A DNA stretch of 32,000 bases from Candidatus Omnitrophota bacterium (GTDB lineage: Bacteria > Omnitrophota > Gorgyraeia > Zapsychrales > JANLHA01), in contig OY759724.1 of NCBI GenBank assembly GCA_963662715.1, forward strand, positions 1,590,001-1,622,000, given 5' to 3'. The notes under the pieces are model-generated. The model was not told the DNA's origin. It searched no databases and was given only the letters and a program-made list of their open reading frames with translations. Both the position numbers and the translations under genes were made by a program. Shown here in pieces: positions 14,760-22,841 of the stretch (position 1 is the first letter of the stretch; each line of letters begins with the position of its first letter).

Positions 14760-17580
14760 TCTTCAATCAGGGGTAAGACTGCTCCTCATCTTTGCCTGGA
14801 TGTTTTTGTCCGGAAGCCCGGCATCCGCCGGGCAGGCCCCCTCCTACAGGATCAGCGCGGAACTGGACACGCAACAAAAGACACTTGCGGCAACAGAAGT
14901 GCTGTCTTGGCGGAATCCGGGGCCGTCTCCCGTTGATCATATGGTTCTGCATATTTACCCGAACCGCCGGTATTCACAGGAAGAACAGGATTTCATGTTC
15001 CGTTACGGAGGCTATTTTAAAATCAATCCCTATCCCGAGGGGTTCCCGGAGAAAACGATGGATGTCATCAGTGTCCGTCAGCAGGGCCGGGGGCTTGATT
15101 ATGAAATTTCAGGAGAAGAAGCAACTCTGCTGACGGTCAAATTGCCGCATCCCCTGAAGAAGGGCGAGACGGCGGAGGTTGAGATCAGGTTTAAATTATT
15201 CCTGCCGCATGCTTACGGCCGTTATGGCTGGCATGAGAATATCATTAAATTATCCCGGTGGTACCCTATTCTTGCGGTTTATGAAAAGGAAGGCTGGAAC
15301 GAAAATCCCTTTTTCCCCTTTCACCGGCCTTTTTTCAGCGAAAGCTCTCTGTATGACGTTGAATTGACCGCTCCAGCGGACCAGGTGGTGATTCATACGG
15401 GGCGGAAAACCGGAGAAGAAAGGCTCGGGGCCGTAAAAAAATACCGCTTAAAGACAGACCTGCCTGTCCGGGAATTTACCCTGGCCTTAAGCGAAGATTA
15501 TCTGCTTAAGGAAGACCGGTTCGGCGACGTGAGGATTAAATCCTATTATCTGCCCGGCGATGAAGATGCGGCCCTTTTGGCTATCTCTGATGTGAAAGAT
15601 TTGATGGGGTTTTATTCGGAGCTGTTCGGCCCGTCCCCTTATAAAGAGTTCAGCCTTGCTCCTGTTCATCTGGGCTACGGGGGAGAGCAGATGGGGCAGA
15701 TGGCTTTTATAGATACGCGGGTTTACCGACTGCCGAAATTTCTCGACAAGTATTTTGATTTTCTGATATCGCATGAAACAGGGCATTTGTGGTTTTATAA
15801 CTTGGTCGGCATGAACGAGTATACGCAGATGTGGTTGGAGGAAGGGACGAACGCTTATTTTAACAATGAATATCTTTATTCTAAATACGGGGAAGACGCC
15901 GATATCCTGACTTATCCGGACTGGTTTAACGGGGGCTCGGTGTTGCTGCCCAGGTTTACCTTCAAACAGACGAGGATGTTCCGTTACCTGATGCTCGAAC
16001 GCAGCGGCTGGGACCATCCGGTCGTTGACAAATTGTCCAGTTTCCAAGAGCCCACGAGTATTTTTTCCATTACCTACGGGAAAGGGTCCAGGATCGTGGG
16101 GATGCTGGAAGCCGTGATCGGCCCGGAGACCTTCCGTAAAGTTTTTCAGCGTATTTTTAAAGAGTACTGTTTTAAGAATTTAGAGCTGCAGGACTTTATC
16201 CGCATTTGTGAAGAAGAGAGCGGGCAGGACCTTTCCATGTTTTTCGAACAATGGCTTTATAAGGCCGGCCGGTATGATTATGCCGTTGCCGGGGTGTCAG
16301 GGCAAAACATTATTTTGAAGAATTTGGGGGATATTGAAATGCCGGCTCCTGTCAAAGTGACTTTTGCGGACCAAAGCACCCGGACATTTATCTGGGACGG
16401 ACAGCAGAAAGAACAGAGCATTCCTATGGAAGGCCCGGCCCCGATAGAACGCGTCAGCATCGATCCCGAAGAGACTTTACTGGATGTTGACAGGGTCGAT
16501 AATCAATGGCCCAGAGCTTTCCACGTCAATGCTGTCCCGATTTATTGGGGACTTTACGATATCCCGCTGTTTCTCCCGGAAGACGGCTATAATATTGTCA
16601 TCGGGCCGGAATCGGCTAATTCCGGCCTGGGGCTCAAGGCATCCCTGCACCGTCCTTATGACTGGGTTCTATATTCCGGAACAGATTATGAATTCGGCGA
16701 ACAGCTTCTTCATTCCCGGCTGGGCTATCAATTAAAGAATGTCTTCCGTTCCCAAACGTCGGCCGGTTTTGAGTTGGCCAATACCCATGACTTTGATGAC
16801 GGAGACGATGACCTGGCCAGCGGCAAGGTTTATCTGCGCCAGGAACTTTGGCCGGCGGCGTATGGCGTGTTTAAGGATAATGATCACTGGACGCTTTATT
16901 TGATCCGGAACCAGCGGCTGGGGGATCGTCATGATGCCATCGTTAAGCAGGAAGAGGATCAGTATTTGGAATATTCCCGCCGTGAAGAAGCCATTGTGGG
17001 AGCCGTGCTGCATCTGGACCGCACCGGGCCTTATCCTGACCCGAGACAAGGCTGGGGTGCGCATGCTTTCCTGGAAAGTGCGGGGCATTTCCTGGGCGCG
17101 ACCCAGTATTTTTACCGTTCCGGTTTTGACGTGCGGATCATCGAACCTGTCAGCCCGCAGACCCGGCTGGCCCTGCGGGTCAAGTACGGCTGGGGTTATC
17201 CCCGGCATAAGGAACTTTTTCATTTGGGCGGGATGGACGGCCTGCGGGGATATCAACGAAAAGATGTGCGGGGCGCGAACATAATTCTGGGGAGCGCTGA
17301 ATACCGGTTTCCTCTGCTTCCGTCTCTGGATATCTCGGTCGCCGACCATCTTTTCGGAATCGAGTCGTTAGGCGGCGTGATATTTTTTGACGCCGGTCAA
17401 AGCTGGATGGAGAATTTTTCAGACGCTGATTTCAAAAAAGATGTCGGGGCCGGCTTGAGGGTTCAGGTGAATATCGGATCCTTTCTGGAAAAGATCACCG
17501 TGCGTTTGGATGTGGCGCAGGCTTTGGGGGAACCCCAAGAGGACACAAGGTTCTGGTTCGGCCTGAATCATGCCTTCTGA
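14743..17580 (+). CDS. M1-family zinc aminopeptidase fused to a C-terminal Omp85/BamA-type (Bac_surface_Ag) beta-barrel
   Basis: One uninterrupted ORF. Possible starts are 14743, 14731 and 14686, all overlapping the M48 stop. Signal-like LLLIFAWMFLSGSPASA. HETGH at 15772-15786 is followed by WLEEG (HExxH-X18-E). The C-terminus carries GGMDGLRGYQ, VIFFDAGQSW, DVGAGLRVQ and ends ...FGLNHAF. Confidence 0.85.
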   Translation: MTGTDSLQSGVRLLLIFAWMFLSGSPASAGQAPSYRISAELDTQQKTLAATEVLSWRNPGPSPVDHMVLHIYPNRRYSQEEQDFMFRYGGYFKINPYPEGFPEKTMDVISVRQQGRGLDYEISGEEATLLTVKLPHPLKKGETAEVEIRFKLFLPHAYGRYGWHENIIKLSRWYPILAVYEKEGWNENPFFPFHRPFFSESSLYDVELTAPADQVVIHTGRKTGEERLGAVKKYRLKTDLPVREFTLALSEDYLLKEDRFGDVRIKSYYLPGDEDAALLAISDVKDLMGFYSELFGPSPYKEFSLAPVHLGYGGEQMGQMAFIDTRVYRLPKFLDKYFDFLISHETGHLWFYNLVGMNEYTQMWLEEGTNAYFNNEYLYSKYGEDADILTYPDWFNGGSVLLPRFTFKQTRMFRYLMLERSGWDHPVVDKLSSFQEPTSIFSITYGKGSRIVGMLEAVIGPETFRKVFQRIFKEYCFKNLELQDFIRICEEESGQDLSMFFEQWLYKAGRYDYAVAGVSGQNIILKNLGDIEMPAPVKVTFADQSTRTFIWDGQQKEQSIPMEGPAPIERVSIDPEETLLDVDRVDNQWPRAFHVNAVPIYWGLYDIPLFLPEDGYNIVIGPESANSGLGLKASLHRPYDWVLYSGTDYEFGEQLLHSRLGYQLKNVFRSQTSAGFELANTHDFDDGDDDLASGKVYLRQELWPAAYGVFKDNDHWTLYLIRNQRLGDRHDAIVKQEEDQYLEYSRREEAIVGAVLHLDRTGPYPDPRQGWGAHAFLESAGHFLGATQYFYRSGFDVRIIEPVSPQTRLALRVKYGWGYPRHKELFHLGGMDGLRGYQRKDVRGANIILGSAEYRFPLLPSLDISVADHLFGIESLGGVIFFDAGQSWMENFSDADFKKDVGAGLRVQVNIGSFLEKITVRLDVAQALGEPQEDTRFWFGLNHAF

Positions 17581-17678
17581 TTTAGAAGAAAACCCGAATC
17601 TGTCACGGGAAAACAGGCCTCAGAAGGTCCGTCCCGTGCGAAAGACCAGTTCATTTAAAATTTTTAGGGAGGCGTGTT

Positions 17679-18098
17679 ATGAAAAGTTATCGAGAAGAAC
17701 TCTGGTTTAATACCAGTTCCCGCAGGAATTACCTCAATATTACGGATAAGGTGCAGGAGGCTATCCAGAAGAGCGGGATAAAAGAAGGACTGTGCCTCGT
17801 CAACGCTATGCATATCACGGCCAGTGTCTATATCAATGACGATGAGTCGGGCTTGATCCAGGATTATGATGACTGGCTGGAGAAGCTGGCGCCCCATGCC
17901 CCGGTGTCTCATTACCGGCACAACCGGACCGGGGAAGACAACGGGGATGCGCATCTTAAGCGTCAGATTATGGGGCGGGAGGTGGTTGTGGCCGTTACTC
18001 AGGGGCGTCTGGATTTTGGCCCGTGGGAACAGATTTTCTACGGGGAGTTCGACGGCCGCCGCAAAAAACGTGTTTTAGTGAAGATCATCGGAGAGTAA
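17679..18098 (+). CDS. YjbQ/UPF0047 family protein, canonical subtype
   Basis: AGGGAGG lies upstream of the ATG. The 139-aa product carries [52 protein letters not shown] and RVLVKIIGE. Confidence 0.85.
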   Translation: MKSYREELWFNTSSRRNYLNITDKVQEAIQKSGIKEGLCLVNAMHITASVYINDDESGLIQDYDDWLEKLAPHAPVSHYRHNRTGEDNGDAHLKRQIMGREVVVAVTQGRLDFGPWEQIFYGEFDGRRKKRVLVKIIGE

Positions 18099-18347
18099 TC
18101 TGTTTTTAAGGGATCTGCCTTTCTCTGAATTTGTGTTTTATGCCGTCTTGCCGGCGTTATAGCGTGAGTTTTTCTGGGCGGTGGGGCCGGGCCGCGTGGC
18201 TCCGAAAGAATTCAGGAACGTCTGCCGCTGAATGAAAATTTGCTAAATCTTATTTCTTCTAGAGATAATATACGTTAGAATACTTTTTGAAAAGTCAGGC
18301 GTTTTTGCATATCTTTTTTTAATATCCTGAAGATTAACGGGGGACAT

Positions 18348-19481
18348 ATGTTTCATCGCCGGATCCTTATTATTGAAGATGACGTAAACCTGGGGAATTT
18401 AGTCGGGGAGTTGTTTAAAGAACGCAACTTTGATGTTGACTTGGCTCATAGCGGTCAGGAGGCCATTGAAAAAGTAAAATTGCATCCGGATATTATTTTG
18501 CTTGATCGAAACCTTCCGGATATGGAAGGCCTTGATTTTTGCCGTATGGTTCGGGAAGACAAGCGGTTCCGGGGTGTTCCGATTATTATTATCAGCGGAC
18601 GGGACACGACGGAAGATAAGATTCAGGGACTGTATATCGGGGCGGATGATTATATTACAAAACCGTTTTTGCCCGCTGAGCTTATGGCTCGTGTTGATGT
18701 TATATTACGCCGGGTGCATTTTGCCAATCAATTGCAGGAAGAAAGAGAGGAGTTCCTGGCTGAGTTGGACAGGATTATGAAAGAGGATCTTATTACGATC
18801 TTTTATCAGCCTATCTTTCATTTTCAGACTAACCAGCCGTTGGGATTTGAAGTGTTAAGCCGCCCGCCTCAGGACAGCGTTTTAAGCAATCCGGAATTTC
18901 TTTTCAAGGTTGCTCTTTCCTGCGGAAAATATTATGAATTGGAAATGTATTGCTGGAAGAAAGCTTTTTCCCAATGGAAGAAAGCTGCAAGATTTGAGAA
19001 CCTTTTCCTGAATTGCAGCCCTTATCTGGTGGAATGCGGAGAGTTTGATAAGAGCATCTTGGAAAAAGCCGGGCTGGATCCCCAGCAAATCGTTATGGAA
19101 CTTACCGAACGCATTGCGATCAACGATTATGGATATTTTTACAGCAAGCTGCATGAGTTCAGGAAAATGGATATCAAAATAGCGGTGGATGACGTGGGAT
19201 GCGGATACGCCAGTCTGAACATGGTGGCAGAAATAAAACCGCTGTTTTTGAAAATAGACGCTCCTTTAGTCCGGTCTATAGAAAAAGATAAATTAAAGCA
19301 GGATATCGTTGATGCCATTATCGGGTTTTCCCGGAAAAACGGTATGATCACCATCGCAGAAGGCATTGAAACCGAGTCGGAACTTCAACAAGTCCGGTCC
19401 TTAGGTGTGGATGCCGGGCAGGGGTTTTTCCTGGCCAGGCCGAACCCCTCTTTAACCGCTACCTATCAACTGAAGTCTTAA
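18348..19481 (+). CDS. Response regulator with a REC domain and an EAL-type c-di-GMP phosphodiesterase domain
   Basis: REC motifs are ILIIEDD, ILLDRNLPDMEG and ITKPF. EAL-domain motifs are YQPIF......GFEVLSRP, LFLNCSP, ELTER, KIAVDDVGCGYASL, LKID, IAEGIE and GQGF. Confidence 0.85.
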   Translation: MFHRRILIIEDDVNLGNLVGELFKERNFDVDLAHSGQEAIEKVKLHPDIILLDRNLPDMEGLDFCRMVREDKRFRGVPIIIISGRDTTEDKIQGLYIGADDYITKPFLPAELMARVDVILRRVHFANQLQEEREEFLAELDRIMKEDLITIFYQPIFHFQTNQPLGFEVLSRPPQDSVLSNPEFLFKVALSCGKYYELEMYCWKKAFSQWKKAARFENLFLNCSPYLVECGEFDKSILEKAGLDPQQIVMELTERIAINDYGYFYSKLHEFRKMDIKIAVDDVGCGYASLNMVAEIKPLFLKIDAPLVRSIEKDKLKQDIVDAIIGFSRKNGMITIAEGIETESELQQVRSLGVDAGQGFFLARPNPSLTATYQLKS

Positions 19482-19552
19482 AAAATTTTTGTTTATTTGT
19501 TTTTTTGGGAATCTGAGTTCTTCTGTCGGTTTTGTATGCTTAACCTGCTTAG

Positions 19553-19580
19553 TTGCAAATATTTTCCTTCCTGTTATAAT
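19553..19580 (+). promoter_or_regulatory. Strong sigma70-type promoter TTGCAA-16 nt-TATAAT with an extended -10 (TGT immediately upstream)
   Basis: Read directly from the sequence. The predicted transcription start near 19587 leaves a leader of about 240 nt before the PfkB ATG at 19830. Confidence 0.55.
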
Positions 19581-19829
19581 ATTCCATCTTTAAATTTTGT
19601 ATCAATATTCAGAGCCGGGACAGAAGCCGATAAAAAAGTTGGCCTCACACGGACGGGAAATAAAATCTTTTGTTCTCTGCCGGGCGCTTGGTTATGAAAA
19701 ACGCTCATGATGAGGTCGTGCACTCTGTCGGAAAGCCGCGCACGCCGGGGGCCGAAAAAATAAAGCAGCCTCTCCGGCCGCCGCTCGGCAGCGTAAAGGC
19801 TTGGAGCTCGATTACCCTAAGGAGCAGGT

Positions 19830-20738
19830 ATGAGTCTTTTGGTTTTAGGAACAGTGGCATTAGATAATATTAAAACGCCCTCGGGATTCAAAAAAGATCT
19901 CTTGGGCGGCTCCGCAGCCCATTTTTCTATGAGCGCGCGCCTTTTTACCGATGTCCACCTTGTTGCTGTTATCGGGAAGGACTTTCCCAAAAAGCATGCG
20001 CAGTTTCTGAAGCGTAAAGGCGTCAACTTGACGTCCCTGCAGGTGGGTGAAGGAAAAAGTTTTCGCTGGGAAGGAGAATATAAGAAAGAAGATTTGAATT
20101 CCGCGTTGACGCTGGCTACGGAGTTAGGGGTTCTTGTCGGCTTCCGTCCCCAGGTGGCGCAGGAACAGAGGGGCATCCCGCATGTTTTTCTGGCCAACAT
20201 TGATCCGGATATTCAGATGGAATTATTAGAGGGGATGAAGAATCCCCGGCTTGTTGGTCTGGACAGCATGAATTTATGGATTACCCATAAGTTGAAATCC
20301 CTGAAAGCTTTGATGCGGCAGGTCGACCTGTTTGTGGCGAATGATGGAGAAGCCCGGGCCATCAGCGGGGAGGATAACCTGATACGGGCGGCGCGCGCAC
20401 TGCGCCAGTTAGGCCCTAGACTCATTGTTATCAAAAAAGGCGAGCATGGCGTTTTATTTTATTGCGACAAGTTCATGTTTTCTTTTCCTGCTTACCCGGT
20501 CGATCAGGTCATTGACCCTACAGGAGCGGGCGACACCTTTGCCGGCGGTTTAATGGGGTATCTTTCCCAGGCGGGGAAAATTAATGAAAAGACTCTGAAG
20601 AAGGCGGTCATTTATGCCACGACTTTGGCGTCTTTTAATGTCGAAGGATTCGGAATGTCCCGGACAGCCCCTTTAACGATGACTGAGGTTCACCGCCGGA
20701 TGAAGACGCTTATGCGGTTTATGCATCCGGGGGAATAA
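19830..20738 (+). CDS. PfkB/ribokinase-family carbohydrate or nucleoside kinase
   Basis: AAGGAG lies 5 nt upstream of the ATG. The N-terminal GTVALD....GG motif and the C-terminal DPTGAGDTFAGG anion-hole/catalytic-Asp motif are present. Confidence 0.85.
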   Translation: MSLLVLGTVALDNIKTPSGFKKDLLGGSAAHFSMSARLFTDVHLVAVIGKDFPKKHAQFLKRKGVNLTSLQVGEGKSFRWEGEYKKEDLNSALTLATELGVLVGFRPQVAQEQRGIPHVFLANIDPDIQMELLEGMKNPRLVGLDSMNLWITHKLKSLKALMRQVDLFVANDGEARAISGEDNLIRAARALRQLGPRLIVIKKGEHGVLFYCDKFMFSFPAYPVDQVIDPTGAGDTFAGGLMGYLSQAGKINEKTLKKAVIYATTLASFNVEGFGMSRTAPLTMTEVHRRMKTLMRFMHPGE

Positions 20739-20758
20739 GGAAACGGACAGGTTAGAAG

Positions 20759-21028
20759 ATGGTGTTGGATTGGATCGACAGAATAGGGTTGCTGGCCTCG
20801 ATTATTCTTCCTTTATGGAATATCCCCCTTATCGTGAAGATCATCCGCCGGAAGTCCTCCCGGGACATCAGCTTGGCCTGGGCTTTAGGGGTCTGGTTCT
20901 GTATCATCTTAATGGCGCCGTCCGGATTTCGGTCGGCGGACATTGTCTGGCGGACCTTTAATATCATTAACTTAATTTTTTTTAGCGGAGTCGTTTTTGT
21001 AACATTGAAATTCAGAAATGGAACATGA
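20759..21028 (+). CDS. SemiSWEET/PQ-loop-like 3-TM small membrane protein
   Basis: 89 aa with three hydrophobic helices. NIPLIVKIIRRKSSRDISLAW aligns with the SemiSWEET TM1 motif (PQ.....KxxxRDIS), with Gln replaced by Leu. Confidence 0.55.
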   Translation: MVLDWIDRIGLLASIILPLWNIPLIVKIIRRKSSRDISLAWALGVWFCIILMAPSGFRSADIVWRTFNIINLIFFSGVVFVTLKFRNGT

Positions 21029-21989
21029 TACCCCCGAAAAACCTTATGAATCTGATCCCGGCGTTTTCCCGGAGGCCGGCCCGGATTATCGTTGCGGCAC
21101 TGTCTCGATCGTCGGGCGTCCGAATGTGGGAAAATCAACGCTGTTGAACCGCATCGTTGGGGAAAAGATCGCCATTGTCTCTCACGTCCCGCAGACCACC
21201 CGGAATCAGGTCCGCGGGATATACACCGAGGAACGGGGGCAGATCATTTTTGTTGATACCCCGGGACTGCACAAGAACAGCGATAAGCTGGACCGCTTTA
21301 TGAACAAAGCTGCTTTGGGGACAACCGCGGATACGGATTGTATTATTCATCTTGTCGACTGTCAGGACCCTGTTGGGGCGGAAGAAGAGGTGATCGTGCA
21401 GAAACTGGCCCCTTTAGCCGTTCCGGTCATCCTGGGGCTCAATAAGGTCGATATCACAGATAAATATATCCCGGATTATATCTCTCTCTGGGAGAAAGGC
21501 CGCGGAAGACCGGTGACCGAGATGGACTGTTTTGTCCTGATTCCTTTATCCGGACAGGACGGAATACATTGTGATAAACTGCTGGATATCCTGTTTGATA
21601 TTCTGCCGCCGGGTCCGCCTTTATATCCGGAAGATATTGTCTGCGACGTGCCCCAGCGCATGGCGATCGCAGACATTATCAGAGAGAAATTTTTTCAGAT
21701 TATGCGCCATGAAGTTCCGCATGCTTTGGCTGTCCTGATTGAAGATATGCAGACAGCCAAAAGGAAAGTGCTTCATATCCGGGCGCTGGTTTTGGTGGAA
21801 AGGGCTTCTCAGAAAAATATTGTTGTGGGCAAGAACGGGCATGTTCTCAAAGAAGTCGGGACATTGGCCCGCAGTGAGCTGGAAGACCTTCTGGGCTGCA
21901 AGGTGTTCCTGGAGCTATTCGTTAAAAGCAAGCGGAACTGGCGGGAGGATAATTCTTTGTTGATCGAAATGGGGTATCACGACACTTAA
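21018..21989 (+). CDS. era: GTPase Era
   Basis: G1 is [10 protein letters not shown]3 is DTPG and G4 is NKVD. A C-terminal KH domain is present (VLVERASQKNIVVGKNG..LK..G). The ATG overlaps the upstream gene by 11 nt. There is an N-terminal extension of about 25 aa. Confidence 0.9.
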   Translation: MEHDTPEKPYESDPGVFPEAGPDYRCGTVSIVGRPNVGKSTLLNRIVGEKIAIVSHVPQTTRNQVRGIYTEERGQIIFVDTPGLHKNSDKLDRFMNKAALGTTADTDCIIHLVDCQDPVGAEEEVIVQKLAPLAVPVILGLNKVDITDKYIPDYISLWEKGRGRPVTEMDCFVLIPLSGQDGIHCDKLLDILFDILPPGPPLYPEDIVCDVPQRMAIADIIREKFFQIMRHEVPHALAVLIEDMQTAKRKVLHIRALVLVERASQKNIVVGKNGHVLKEVGTLARSELEDLLGCKVFLELFVKSKRNWREDNSLLIEMGYHDT

Positions 21990-22151
21990 AACAGACGTGC
22001 TGTCCCGGGGTCTGATTTCTCTTCTTCTTTTTCGGAGACGGGCTTGTTTCTAGACGGATAATTGCTGATTTTTCTTTTAATTTATCTGTCTTTAGCTTAT
22101 ACTATTTTTAATCTGCAAAAATTTTCAGGCGGCATATTTTATTTTCGGAAC

Positions 22152-22838
22152 ATGAAAAGGCTTCATCAGAATCAGCGGGCCGTGACGGTTGCAGCCATAC
22201 AAAAGCTTGACACAATGGCTATTGGAAAATACCATGTCCCGTCTATTGTCTTGATGGAGAATGCCGGGAAGGCCGTTGCTGTCGAAGCGGTGCGATTGCT
22301 GAAGAAAATTCCCCGGCCGCACTGCACCGTTGTCTGCGGTTTAGGGAATAACGCCGGGGACGGTTTGGTGGCCGCCCGGCATCTGTTCAATGCCGGCGTG
22401 CAGGTTAATGTTTTTCTGGCCGGCTCACCGGAAAAGCTTAAGAACGATGCGGCGGCCAATTATCGGATATTGGTCAACTGTGGATACCGCATAAAACCCG
22501 TTCAGAAAATAACAGCGGCTTTTAAGAATGAACTTAAACGCACAGATTTGATCGTCGATGCCATTTTCGGGGTGGGGTTGAACAGAACTGTTGATAACCC
22601 TTTCGCTTGTGTTATCGAAGCGTTGAACGGCTCCGGCCAGAAGATATTGTCGGTAGATATCCCTTCCGGGCTGGATGGAACAGACGGTTTTATTTATGGA
22701 ACATGTGTTAAAGCTTATAAAACAATAACTTTCAGCTGTCTTAAAAAAGGCCTTGTGAAGAAAGACGGCCCTAAATATGCCGGGTGGATTGAGGTCGCGG
22801 ATATCGGTATCCCGCGAAGGCTGTTCTCGAAAATATGA
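22152..22838 (+). CDS. nnrE: NAD(P)H-hydrate epimerase (YjeF N-terminal domain only)
   Basis: ATG at 22152; the track start at 22062 is TTG. Supporting motifs are LMENAGKAVA, GLGNNAGDGLVAARHL, DAIFGVGL and SVDIPSGL. Confidence 0.8.
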   Translation: MKRLHQNQRAVTVAAIQKLDTMAIGKYHVPSIVLMENAGKAVAVEAVRLLKKIPRPHCTVVCGLGNNAGDGLVAARHLFNAGVQVNVFLAGSPEKLKNDAAANYRILVNCGYRIKPVQKITAAFKNELKRTDLIVDAIFGVGLNRTVDNPFACVIEALNGSGQKILSVDIPSGLDGTDGFIYGTCVKAYKTITFSCLKKGLVKKDGPKYAGWIEVADIGIPRRLFSKI

Positions 22839-22841
22839 GTC

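Noticed and set aside
22062-22151. N-terminal extensions in the ORF track that begin at TTG/GTG codons. They occur at 22062 nnrE, 27956 purH, 13518 M48, 11501 asnC, 13223 TPR, 9288 pabC, 2765 and 4993.
   Set aside because: In each case a downstream ATG has a better RBS and/or restores the family-typical N-terminus. Several of the extensions would also overlap the preceding gene extensively.
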